A stretch of DNA of 53,334 nucleotides, from the IMG/VR virus record IMGVR_UViG_3300045988_147485; one strand, 5' to 3'. Every line of letters starts with the position of its first letter. Position 1 is the first letter of the stretch. Of this stretch, positions 1 to 8,590 are shown in pieces. The position numbers and the translations under genes were made by a program. Origin of the DNA: a virus. Below the pieces are notes generated by a model. That model was not told where the DNA came from. It worked only from the letters and a program-made list of their open reading frames with translations, and did not search any database.

Positions 1-55
1 GTACGGTGCCGCACTGGTAGAATCAAGAACAGTTATGCCTGTTCGTTTCATTCTT
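1..55. repeat. Terminal direct repeat (copy 1), identical to 53280-53334
   Basis: gtacggtgccgcactggtagaatcaagaacagttatgcctgttcgtttcattctt occurs at both window ends. It lies inside one continuous reading frame (tape measure). Confidence 0.95.
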
Positions 56-3000
56 ACTTTTTTGGCTTTTTTATCAACCTTGACGCCTTTCAAAAACTTC
101 GATGTCATGTCTGTGTCAAAAGCACCTTTTTTGATAAGGCTGTTAAAATAAGATTTTACCTGTTTTGCGGTCGGGAAAAGTTGTGCTGTAGGAATAAGAG
201 GATTCCCGTCTTTTCCTTTTAAGCCTCCTAACTCTTTTCTAATCTTGCTCATTAAATCTTTAGTGTTAAAAGAAGCACTTACTTTGATATTTTTACCGGT
301 CGTAAGATTCTTGATCTTTCCTTCCACTTCTGAAACATCCGCATCAACCTTAAAGTATACTCCCGGAGCAATCTTATCAATCTTTCTTCCAAGATCATCT
401 ACTTGGTTCATTCCCTCAATTTCAGTTTTTATGCTAGTAGTGACTTTTTTACCTGCAATTTTATTTAATTGTGTATAAAAGTCCTTTGTGCTTTTATAAC
501 TTTTATCGCAGATTTTTTTGTACTGGTCAAATGAGATTTCTCCTTTGTCAAGTTTTTTTTTCAGTACATACAACGCTGTACTTGTAACCCCGGTACTGAC
601 ACCGGCCTTATCCATGGTCTTCTTGAACTTTTCTCCGTACTTATTAAATTCTTTTATATTACCATTTGTAAGTCTGGAAGATGTTCTGGCATCATCTAAA
701 GCATTGTTCCACTCTGCTGTTGATTTGTATGTTTTCGCCATCAGATTGTCATATGTCTGGTAATCAATCTGCCCACTTTTGAACATTGTAAGGGCTTTGC
801 TTACTAATGATTCTGCATCTTCTGATCCTCGTATTCCTTTCAGAGATTTATAAGCCGCAGTTCTCGTTTGGTTTTTCTGGTAGTATTCATCCCTTCTTTC
901 TCTTACATTTTTCCCTTCACTGTCCCATGTATCAACAAACATTTTGTTGTACAATTTTCTATTTTTCTTTTTCATGTCAGCAAGGTACTCTTCCTGCCTT
1001 TTACCACCATTTGTAAGTTTCCCAAGTTCTTTCAGCCTGGAATTTACTCTTGATTCTGTTGTCTCAAACTTACTGTCATAATGTGCGCCATGCAGTGCAA
1101 GATCAATTTTATCACTAATCATATCTCCAATGCCGCTAACCCATTCACTGGCTGAATACTCTCCGCTTAAAAGCACTCCAAGTCCTGAAAACGGTTTGAG
1201 AAGCAAAGGAGTTTCTTCTGCTACTTCTGAAGGACTGTATTTTGACAATGTTTCCTGCCATTGTGACTTCGCCCAAGAGACAGCAACCGCCGCAACGATA
1301 GCGGCTCCCATAACGCTTCCTATTGCCGTTCCGGCCGCGCTAAGTTTTGGACTGCCCTTTAATGAGGTCAGCATGGTTGTGAATTTTCCTTGTACTATCG
1401 GCGCAGCACCATCTATTCCTCCACCAATTCCCGATGAAAAAAGTGATGTAAATATGGACAATATACCTTTTAACTTCTTGTAAGCAAATACGGCACTAAA
1501 TACCGTAATAATTGTTTGTGTCATTCCTGCCGGGTTTGTCTTAAATGCGTAAAAAGCAGTTTTTAGCAACGACCACAAGGCAGTAGTAATCACATGGGCT
1601 GTTTTGCCTAATATTCCAATCCAATCAATGGAACCAAGGAAGTCTCCGATTGCTTTTCCTACTTCATCCCATTTTACTTTTTCCATAGCATAAATAAGCG
1701 TATCTCCAATACCTTTTATTCCGTCCGATATGCTTTCTCCAAGTTCCTGCCATCCGCTTTTCCCGGATTTTCCTACCTTGTTCATATCTTCAAAAAATCC
1801 GTTGATAAGATCTCCTATTTTTTCTCCAAGGATGTTAAATGTATTTTTGCTCTTTAATGTGGAAATTGCTCCAAACGCAAAAGTTATAATCGACCTTAAT
1901 TTTGCACCCATAAGTTTTCCTGTTTTTGTCCAGTCAAATCTTCTTATCGCACTATCAAGGCCTGTTGCTATGGATTGTCCAAAAGCTAAAAAATCAAAGG
2001 TGGTCAGAAATGTGTAAGCAACTCCTATTCCTGTGTTTAATCCCTCTGCTATTGTTTGTCCTATAACTACCCAGTCTGTGCCTCTTATAAGCCCATTCAA
2101 AAAGGTAGCAAGTGACTTGGCAAGTTTCTTTCCTGTGCCTTGTATAGATGCCCAAGGTATTTTACTTAAGCCGTTTGAAATCCAAGTTCCTAACGCCTTT
2201 CCTATTTCTGTGTAGTCTCCGCCTTTTCTCCATCCTTTTAAGATTTCTTTTTTGATTCTTTGTGCGTATTGTACCGCCTTATTTTTATTGCTGTTAAACG
2301 CCTTATCCCAGATACTTTCATATCCTTTTAACGCCTTTGCAATATCGGCAGACAAATCAAAATCATTTCCATTTCCGGGATTTGTCTTTTGGGTTCCGTC
2401 GGAAGTGCTATTGTCTTGCAGTTTGTTCAGCACATCAAAGCCTTGGATGTTATCAGCCAATTTCTTGGTTGATTTTGCCGCCTTATTTGTGGACTTGGCA
2501 TAATCATCCATATCGTCTGCCGCATCCCCATAATCTGGCATTTTCCATGAATTTGAGAGGTCTCCCAGTTTTATTCCTGCCAATTTTGACACCCAAGAAA
2601 CAAAATCCTGCAAAACCATAACAACAGCGTTAAGGTACGGATATACTTTCTCTAATACAGGTATAAACAAGGCTCCTATTGATCTAGCCAAGTTTTCAAA
2701 TCCAGCCTGCAACATTCTTAACTGGTTCGCAGGCTGATTGATTGTCCTACCAAGATCGCCGTATGCAACTTTTGATTGCTCTAACATGGTCAATATACGC
2801 AACTGTATTTTTTCGTTTTGGCTCATGCTGTTTACACTCTCGCTGACACCGTGATTAAATGCCGTTTGTGCTAAACCAGCCTTTGTAATGTCGATTCCGT
2901 AACTATAAACAGCCCTACTCATTCCAATCATACCGCTTCTAAGATGATCCATGGTTGTCTGCAAATCTTCATTTGCCAGGGAACTCCAATCCGCAGAAAG

Positions 3001-4347
3001 CATTGATAACGCTTTTGACGCCATGATGGAAGTCTCTCCAAGCATCACTGCGGAGTTAGTAATCTGTGAAATAGCGGCGTTGTAATTCATAACCTTTGTT
3101 ATATTAAGACCAAGATTATTCTGCATCTTGCTTTCCAGATCTCCTGTGTTGTAATCCACATTAAATCCAGTCATTTGAGTTTGCAGTTTTGAAAATCTGG
3201 TTCTAAAACTCTTTGCATATTCTTCCGCGCTTTTATACCCTGCATCTGCAAAATTTTCGGCACTATCTTTTCCGATTTTGTCTAATGCAACAGAAAAATA
3301 GTTAAATTCCTCTATGTAGTCCTGCGCTGATCCGATTGCACTGCCAAGTCCCTTTAATGCTCTTATGGCTATCCACGCCTTGGCATAAAACAATCCTACA
3401 ACCTGTGCCATATTCTTCGTGCCTTTATTAAACGGACTGAATTTTGAAGCAGCCTCTTTTATCTTGTTCCCAAAGAAAGACGCAACTTTTGATCCTCTGT
3501 TTGCCGATCCAGAAAAACCATTTAATGCCGTTCCCGCTTTTGATCCGGCAGTAGCCAAATTACCTATTGCTGATACAAGCTGAACTGTTCCTTGTGACAC
3601 CTGCGGCGCACTTTGCAACGATTTTATAAATAACAACAGTTTGTCAGAAAGATTTTTCAAGTTGTCTGCCGTCTGCTTTGTCCTCATGCCGGCACTTGCT
3701 AATTTTGCAATGGCTGTTGTTATTTCTGTAGTTCCTGCATCTACAACCGGTGCCTTTGCCAGTGTTTTTATAAATGATTCTAAATTTTTTTGCATCAGCG
3801 GCAATCCGCTTGCTGACATACCTGTTTTACTTCCTGCGCTTGCCAGTCTCGCAATTGCGCCAACTACCCTTGTTACGCTATTTTCTATTTTGCCAGCAGA
3901 AGAAAGGCTACTTACAAGGCTTGTAATTCCGTTACCGATGCTTCCTAACTTGGAAACATCCACATTGCCGCTCAATGATGTTGTAAGCCTTGCTATAGCA
4001 CTTACCATGCTGTTTACATTCTTGTTATTAAAATTTGTATTCCCTATGTTTTTTAATGATGCCGATAACGGATTAAGTGCATTGCTAACAGTGGATATTT
4101 TTTTTCCGTCCAGTTCTTCAAACTTTTTTAATCCTTTTACTGTTCTTGTAAAATCCGGCATTTTGACATCTTTCATTTTATTCATTCCAGATGCCATCAT
4201 ATTTATTCCACTTGAAAATTTCTGCATCCCTTTTGTGTCGATTCTTGTAATAGATTTTGATAAATTTTCCAATTTTCGACATAAAGAATCAATATTTTTT
4301 TCTGCTTTACTTGTTTCCGCAGAAATCTCCAATTCTAAAGAATCCAT
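1..4347 (-). CDS. Tape measure protein, N-terminal 1449 codons (continues across the junction into 53279..52944)
   Basis: My own translation from ATG at 4347 (RBS GAGGTGGA at 4362-4369) stays open down to base 1. It begins MDSLELEISAETSKAEKNIDSLCRKLENLSK and is rich in A/G/S/K with hydrophobic glycine-rich stretches. It sits directly after the G/GT chaperones. It is absent from the ORF track because it has no stop inside the window edge. Confidence 0.85.
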   Translation of the reverse strand, partial: MDSLELEISAETSKAEKNIDSLCRKLENLSKSITRIDTKGMQKFSSGINMMASGMNKMKDVKMPDFTRTVKGLKKFEELDGKKISTVSNALNPLSASLKNIGNTNFNNKNVNSMVSAIARLTTSLSGNVDVSKLGSIGNGITSLVSSLSSAGKIENSVTRVVGAIARLASAGSKTGMSASGLPLMQKNLESFIKTLAKAPVVDAGTTEITTAIAKLASAGMRTKQTADNLKNLSDKLLLFIKSLQSAPQVSQGTVQLVSAIGNLATAGSKAGTALNGFSGSANRGSKVASFFGNKIKEAASKFSPFNKGTKNMAQVVGLFYAKAWIAIRALKGLGSAIGSAQDYIEEFNYFSVALDKIGKDSAENFADAGYKSAEEYAKSFRTRFSKLQTQMTGFNVDYNTGDLESKMQNNLGLNITKVMNYNAAISQITNSAVMLGETSIMASKALSMLSADWSSLANEDLQTTMDHLRSGMIGMSRAVYSYGIDITKAGLAQTAFNHGVSESVNSMSQNEKIQLRILTMLEQSKVAYGDLGRTINQPANQLRMLQAGFENLARSIGALFIPVLEKVYPYLNAVVMVLQDFVSWVSKLAGIKLGDLSNSWKMPDYGDAADDMDDYAKSTNKAAKSTKKLADNIQGFDVLNKLQDNSTSDGTQKTNPGNGNDFDLSADIAKALKGYESIWDKAFNSNKNKAVQYAQRIKKEILKGWRKGGDYTEIGKALGTWISNGLSKIPWASIQGTGKKLAKSLATFLNGLIRGTDWVVIGQTIAEGLNTGIGVAYTFLTTFDFLAFGQSIATGLDSAIRRFDWTKTGKLMGAKLRSIITFAFGAISTLKSKNTFNILGEKIGDLINGFFEDMNKVGKSGKSGWQELGESISDGIKGIGDTLIYAMEKVKWDEVGKAIGDFLGSIDWIGILGKTAHVITTALWSLLKTAFYAFKTNPAGMTQTIITVFSAVFAYKKLKGILSIFTSLFSSGIGGGIDGAAPIVQGKFTTMLTSLKGSPKLSAAGTAIGSVMGAAIVAAVAVSWAKSQWQETLSKYSPSEVAEETPLLLKPFSGLGVLLSGEYSASEWVSGIGDMISDKIDLALHGAHYDSKFETTESRVNSRLKELGKLTNGGKRQEEYLADMKKKNRKLYNKMFVDTWDSEGKNVRERRDEYYQKNQTRTAAYKSLKGIRGSEDAESLVSKALTMFKSGQIDYQTYDNLMAKTYKSTAEWNNALDDARTSSRLTNGNIKEFNKYGEKFKKTMDKAGVSTGVTSTALYVLKKKLDKGEISFDQYKKICDKSYKSTKDFYTQLNKIAGKKVTTSIKTEIEGMNQVDDLGRKIDKIAPGVYFKVDADVSEVEGKIKNLTTGKNIKVSASFNTKDLMSKIRKELGGLKGKDGNPLIPTAQLFPTAKQVKSYFNSLIKKGAFDTDMTSKFLKGVKVDKKAKKVRMKRTGITVLDSTSAAPY

Positions 4348-4394
4348 TTCAGACAATGCAAATCCACCTCTTTTCAAATTAAAAAAGGGCAGTA

Positions 4395-4904
4395 TCAATC
4401 TCTGCCCTTTCCATCTTGATGTGCCAACCGCCAGTTGGCTTTTCTTATTTCTCTTTCCATTATGTACTGTTCAAGTTCTTTTTGCTTTTCTTCTTCTGTC
4501 AGTTCCCCATTTTCTCTTCTCTGCATCTTGGTTATTGATTCTTTTAGGTACTCGCTTTTTGCATCTTTCCCTAAAAGTGCGTGTTCCACCGCAACCATTA
4601 CAGCGGAAATTCCGTATGTTCCAAACCAATTCCACATCTTTTCGTCTTCAAGTTCTTGCCTTTGCTCAAACCCTTTTCTGTAACTTTCTATCATTCTTGG
4701 GTTCATGTTCTCAAATTCTTCTAAAGTGATTCCCATTGCGACTGCATCTGGGAACCACTCATCCCATATTATTTTGTGGAAGTCTGTTTCCTCTTGTGAT
4801 CCTGCGGTTTCTTCGGTTCTTTTTTCTCTTCCTGATCCAGTTCCTCGAAGTTCTTGTTCATTTCTTCCATCATCTTCTGAAGACCGCTTCGTTTGAAAAA
4901 ACCA
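4395..4904 (-). CDS. Tail assembly chaperone, T segment (-1 frame extension of the G chaperone; first ATG at 4736)
   Basis: The frame of the 113-aa ORF stays open upstream to 4904. It overlaps the last ~45 codons of the 4769-5251 ORF in the -1 frame, and it lies immediately upstream of the tape measure gene. Confidence 0.6.
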   Translation of the reverse strand, partial: WFFQTKRSSEDDGRNEQELRGTGSGREKRTEETAGSQEETDFHKIIWDEWFPDAVAMGITLEEFENMNPRMIESYRKGFEQRQELEDEKMWNWFGTYGISAVMVAVEHALLGKDAKSEYLKESITKMQRRENGELTEEEKQKELEQYIMEREIRKANWRLAHQDGKGRD

Positions 4905-5251
4905 TCATCTTCCATACATTCCTTGATTTCCTCAAAGACATCATAGAATCCAATGTCTTTTTCGTCCATATATTTTTCAAGCAATTCATTTGCTTCATCT
5001 TCACTCATATTATGGTGCTGCAGCAGCCCGGCAAAAAAAGCAATCTGCGTTGTGTCAATCGTGTCTGCTGCCATATTGGCAGTTCCATCCATCATTGCAC
5101 CGATTTCTCCTTTTCCTTCGTTGTCTAACTGTCTAAGCACATGTGCGCCGGAAAGCATCAAAAACATTTTCTGAATAAGGTTTTTGCACTCGATTGATTT
5201 CATTCTAAATTCAATCTTATATTCTTTTCCGTCTACTGTAATTGTTTTCAT
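4769..5251 (-). CDS. Tail assembly chaperone (gpG-like)
   Basis: 160-aa acidic protein between the major tail protein and tape measure, followed by an overlapping -1 frame ORF. Confidence 0.65.
   Translation of the reverse strand: MKTITVDGKEYKIEFRMKSIECKNLIQKMFLMLSGAHVLRQLDNEGKGEIGAMMDGTANMAADTIDTTQIAFFAGLLQHHNMSEDEANELLEKYMDEKDIGFYDVFEEIKECMEDDGFFKRSGLQKMMEEMNKNFEELDQEEKKEPKKPQDHKRKQTSTK
4819..4826 (-). promoter_or_regulatory. Candidate slippery run (GAG AAA AAA GAA) for -1 programmed frameshift G->GT
   Basis: An A6 run lies inside the G/T overlap (T6 on the plus strand at 4820-4825). The heptamer is not a perfect X XXY YYZ in the zero frame. Confidence 0.35.
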
Positions 5252-5282
5252 ATTCTTTACCTTTCCCTTTCTTCCCTTTTAT

Positions 5283-5311
5283 AGGGAAAGGTGGCGGTCT
5301 TAACCGCCACC
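5283..5311 (-). terminator. Stable hairpin between major tail protein and chaperone genes (possible attenuator)
   Basis: GGTGGCGG-6 nt-CCGCCACC, 8-bp GC stem. Only a short U tract follows on the minus strand. Confidence 0.35.
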
Positions 5312-5416
5312 AGTTCTCACATTAAATATTTAAGTCATCAATGACCGTTTTGGTTTTTGTTTCTTCGCCATCCGTAACAACGGCCGGTTCTTTTTCATCA
5401 TCTAACGAATGGCTAC

Positions 5417-5893
5417 TTATTCCCCCGCTGTGGGTTCTACTTTGGTATCACTTCCGATCAATTCATCAATGATAAGATTCATTGCCATTGTCGCAAGGCT
5501 ATTCCCTTCTTTTCCGGATTTCGGAATTTTAGTAGGTGGTGATGCTACATAAAATTCAGCCTCATCAAGCCCCGGAGTGATTTCCTGGAACCACATTCTT
5601 TTTCCACCTGTAAGTTTCTTATACTCCGAAATAAGTTTTTCCCACTCTGCAAGGGTCTCATTTGTCTTATTTACCGTTACAGCCATAGTGTCAGTCAATG
5701 TATCTCTTCCTGGGATATTTCTTGTCTGACTATCTTCCAACGCTGACGCATCAATGTTTTCCGGATCCACCGTAATTTCATCAATGCTGTTAATTCTTGT
5801 CAGCAAAGTAAATGCTGTTGGCTTTGTTCCGGCTGTTGTTTCTACTCCGTATGAAAGAGTAACGCCAAGCGTTGATACTCCTGCTACTGCCAT
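5417..5893 (-). CDS. Major tail (tube) protein
   Basis: Start MAVAGVSTLGVTLSYG preceded by GGAGGAAT. About 158 aa, positioned before the chaperones and tape measure. Typical siphovirus tube protein size and composition. Confidence 0.7.
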   Translation of the reverse strand: MAVAGVSTLGVTLSYGVETTAGTKPTAFTLLTRINSIDEITVDPENIDASALEDSQTRNIPGRDTLTDTMAVTVNKTNETLAEWEKLISEYKKLTGGKRMWFQEITPGLDEAEFYVASPPTKIPKSGKEGNSLATMAMNLIIDELIGSDTKVEPTAGE

Positions 5894-5942
5894 TTTAATT
5901 CCTCCTTTTTTGCAAAAAAATAAGAGCATATTTGCTCTTTTT

Positions 5943-6359
5943 TTAATTTAGTGTGTCATTTGCTCCAATCAGACGGCTAAACCTTGCTATTGATCTATAC
6001 ACATCCGATTCATATTGTATTTCTCCGATTTGATTCCCGGAAAATCGCATTCGTTTGAACGCTTCTAAAACAACCAAGGTTACTTTTTTTGCATCTGATT
6101 TGTCAGTGTTTGTAGTAATTTCAACTTGCATTGTTTCCATTACTGCGTTTACCGTTTTCCCGTCCAGTGTTGATCCGGTCTCCACCGGTGTTAGTTCGTG
6201 GATATATACAGTGGGGAACCTTGGTTTTTGTGTGCTTTTACTTTCAGTCGTAAAGCGCACATCCGGATAATCTTTTTCTAGTAGTGGTTTTGCAAATGCC
6301 ACTACATTGGAAAAAATATTTGTTTCCAAGTCGCTTATCCATTGGTTTTCGCTAACCAC
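5943..6359 (-). CDS. Tail terminator / tail completion protein (by position)
   Basis: 138-aa ORF immediately upstream of the major tail protein. Start is translationally coupled to the previous gene. Confidence 0.45.
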   Translation of the reverse strand: MVSENQWISDLETNIFSNVVAFAKPLLEKDYPDVRFTTESKSTQKPRFPTVYIHELTPVETGSTLDGKTVNAVMETMQVEITTNTDKSDAKKVTLVVLEAFKRMRFSGNQIGEIQYESDVYRSIARFSRLIGANDTLN

Positions 6360-6886
6360 TACTTAAAAGCCTCCTTTGCAATTCTATTGAATTTCTGCAT
6401 CATTTCTATTTCTGCCTTATACATTGGCATTGTTGCCCTTACACCGTGTGTGTAATGCCATTTATCATCGTTTCCTAGGTAATACCAACCATCTTCAAAG
6501 GCGTGTATCTGCCCCGGGTATGTTCCTACGCCATATCCCATTTCATTTGCTTTAGGATTAGGTATCTTGTTGTAATGTATTCCAGATCCAAATTCGATAG
6601 CAAGAACTGTATAAAAAGGATCTCTGCCCTCAACTTCATGTTTTTCTCCTGCCGCTATAAGCATTGCTTTACAACCATATTCCGTTTGTTGTTTTTCTAC
6701 TCTTACGCTAACAGTATTTCCAAGAGGGCTTTCATTGATTGCTTCAAGCATTGCTTTTTCTCCTGCATCTGATAACATATCAATGAATTTTTCGCTTTTA
6801 TCTCTTAATTCATTTTTATACTTTTGCAACTCTTTTATTGCATTTTTGATAGATTTTGCCGATAACGACATTTTTATTTTTTTCAT
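6359..6886 (-). CDS. HK97 gp10-like head-tail joining protein
   Basis: Motifs LAIEFGSG and ATMPMYKAE resemble the gp10-family (EFGT..., ...PF(L/M)xPA). Position within the neck genes fits. Confidence 0.55.
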   Translation of the reverse strand: MKKIKMSLSAKSIKNAIKELQKYKNELRDKSEKFIDMLSDAGEKAMLEAINESPLGNTVSVRVEKQQTEYGCKAMLIAAGEKHEVEGRDPFYTVLAIEFGSGIHYNKIPNPKANEMGYGVGTYPGQIHAFEDGWYYLGNDDKWHYTHGVRATMPMYKAEIEMMQKFNRIAKEAFK

Positions 6887-7347
6887 TGCTTCACTCTTTT
6901 CTGTAATAAAAACAAATCACAAGTGATACCCTCGTCTGCAACGCCTTTCACAATGTAATCCGCCGTCTTTTCTTCGACCATACCATCTTTATCTATTCCG
7001 ACCTGGCTTTTTTTCCATACAAGATCTCCGCTTTCAAGAGGAATCTCTCCCTTATCAGCTACGATCTGACAGTATGAAGCAGAATCATCAACGCCAAATT
7101 CTTTCATAAGTGCTTCACTTAACTTGTTGCTTATGTTTGCTTCAAAATCAACCGGATCATAATATCCTGTTTTTTCGCCTTTTATTTTAGGGATTTTGCT
7201 ACCAGAGTCATCCAGGTAATATATAAAATTCCCTTGGCTGTCTGTGTAGCCGGTGTAAATAATATTCCCTAATTCGTCTCTTTCGTATAATGTAATTTCC
7301 TTGCCTTGCTTGGCATATTTCATCGGCTGCATATTTAACCTAAGCAT
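6883..7347 (-). CDS. Head closure / head-tail adaptor protein (by position); likely start ATG 7347
   Basis: ORF extends to 7374, but GAGGAAG precedes the ATG at 7347 (MLRLNMQPMKYAK...). Overlapping stop/start with the next gene. Confidence 0.4.
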   Translation of the reverse strand: MLRLNMQPMKYAKQGKEITLYERDELGNIIYTGYTDSQGNFIYYLDDSGSKIPKIKGEKTGYYDPVDFEANISNKLSEALMKEFGVDDSASYCQIVADKGEIPLESGDLVWKKSQVGIDKDGMVEEKTADYIVKGVADEGITCDLFLLQKRVKQ

Positions 7348-7549
7348 TTTTTTCTTCCTCTGGCAGTCCAGCAACGCTTTTCAAGATAGATAATACGCCA
7401 GCAAGCAATGATGCTGACAAGACATATTTCCAATCAACACTTTCTACAACTGCTGCAGTTCCAATGCAAGCCACGGCCGACTGCGCTACAGTGTGCGCTG
7501 CTCTAATCCCTGCTTTCTTAAACCAATCTTTCCAGTTTCTTCCTTTCAT
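7340..7549 (-). CDS. phiLC3-type (Phage_holin_1-like) holin homolog
   Basis: 69 aa. The pattern RAAHTVAQSAV..IGTAAV...VDW..VLSASLLAGVLSILKSVAGLPE matches, as I remember it, the phiLC3/r1t holin family (RAxKTFAQ...VDW...A..SILTS..G.P). Two hydrophobic segments. Confidence 0.55.
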   Translation of the reverse strand: MKGRNWKDWFKKAGIRAAHTVAQSAVACIGTAAVVESVDWKYVLSASLLAGVLSILKSVAGLPEEEKNA

Positions 7550-7860
7550 CTTGCAATCTCCTTTCCTTCCAGATTAAGTCTTGATGCGATTTCATCAATT
7601 CTCTTGTGCGCCTGTTTACAACTTTGCTCCAGCACAATCAACTTGTCGTTGTGCTTCTGTATATCTGACCTAACACTTGACAATTGAGACTTTATATCTT
7701 GGGTTGTCGAATTGATGTTGTCTAACTTCATGTTTATCTTTGTATTTTGTTTTACTCTTTCTTCAATGTCCTTAGTATCTGTTCGTTTGTTGTTTTTCAT
7801 ACCAAAAAAGATGGAAAAAACAACTGATACTATGCTTATAAGAATTGCAATTAACTGCAT
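7546..7860 (-). CDS. Membrane-anchored coiled-coil protein (N-terminal TM helix)
   Basis: MQLIAILISIVSVVFSIFFG hydrophobic N-terminus, then a heptad-rich charged region. Translationally coupled to the holin-like gene. Confidence 0.5.
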   Translation of the reverse strand: MQLIAILISIVSVVFSIFFGMKNNKRTDTKDIEERVKQNTKINMKLDNINSTTQDIKSQLSSVRSDIQKHNDKLIVLEQSCKQAHKRIDEIASRLNLEGKEIAR

Positions 7861-7942
7861 CCTATACCGCCTTTCATTTTATGGCATACAGCCCACCGCC
7901 GCATAATGTATGCCCCCTGCTGCTTTCGCAACGCACAATCTG

Positions 7943-8326
7943 CTACAATAGAACATTAACCATCGGAACAACATTTGCTATCAGATCATTTCGGCTTTTC
8001 CATGTTCTGCTAACCCCGTTCTCTGAATACGAAGACATATAGGCTTCTCCGGCTTGCGAATGGTCATATACCGCAAGGTTTATTATCGTACTCTTATACT
8101 TTTCCAAATCTCCATTGATTTGTTCTTCTGTATAATTTGGGGGATATGACCTTGCTTTTATGACATCATCTTTAGCCTGCTGTATCAGCTGTGAAATAAG
8201 TGGATTATCGTTTACTTTATCAAAAACGACAACCTCTTCTTCCTCTCCCTCTTCATTTTCTTTTTTTTCTACATGGTATTGCCCCAGTCGAATTTTTACC
8301 TGCTCGACCAATGTATATTCCTGCAT
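7943..8326 (-). CDS. Head-tail connector protein (gp6-like)
   Basis: 127 aa, follows the capsid genes. N-terminal LVEQVKIRLG... and overall layout are typical of gp6/Phage_connect_1-like adaptors. Confidence 0.5.
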   Translation of the reverse strand: MQEYTLVEQVKIRLGQYHVEKKENEEGEEEEVVVFDKVNDNPLISQLIQQAKDDVIKARSYPPNYTEEQINGDLEKYKSTIINLAVYDHSQAGEAYMSSYSENGVSRTWKSRNDLIANVVPMVNVLL

Positions 8327-8341
8327 ATTAAAACTCTCTTT

Positions 8342-8578
8342 CTAAAGCCCAAACACATCCAGAATGTATTTTTTTAACTCTGCACCTGTCATGGTTTCAG
8401 CGTTTTCTACACCGGTTTTCTTTGCCATTTCTTTTAATTCGTCAACCGGCATCCTGTTAATGTCCGTTTTTGTGTAACTCTTAGTCTCACTTTTTGTTGA
8501 GATTGGTTTATCATCCGGGACCTCTGCCCCGGATGGATACCAAACACCATTTCGGTTTACGATGTAAGGATATTTCAT
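8342..8578 (-). CDS. Small HeH/SAP (Rho-N-like) domain protein
   Basis: C-terminal MPVDELKEMAKKTGVENAETMTGAELKKYILDVFGL is a helix-extension-helix motif, often found just after phage capsid genes. Confidence 0.5.
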   Translation of the reverse strand: MKYPYIVNRNGVWYPSGAEVPDDKPISTKSETKSYTKTDINRMPVDELKEMAKKTGVENAETMTGAELKKYILDVFGL

Positions 8579-8590
8579 ACGATCACCTCT

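Noticed and set aside
245-4729. Plus-strand ORFs in the track, up to 362 aa (for example 3641-4729, 1130-1483, 2337-2621)
   Set aside because: They lie antisense to the continuous tape measure reading frame. They have low-complexity F/L/S/I-rich composition typical of antisense frames in AT-rich DNA, and they lack ribosome-binding sites.
5313-5425. Open -1 frame after the major tail protein stop (..ISSHSLDDEKEPAVVTDGEETKTKTVIDDLNI), which might be a frameshift extension at the G5 run
   Set aside because: Only about 38 codons are open, which is not exceptional. GCG GGG GAA is not a canonical slippery heptamer, and no domain-sized extension results.
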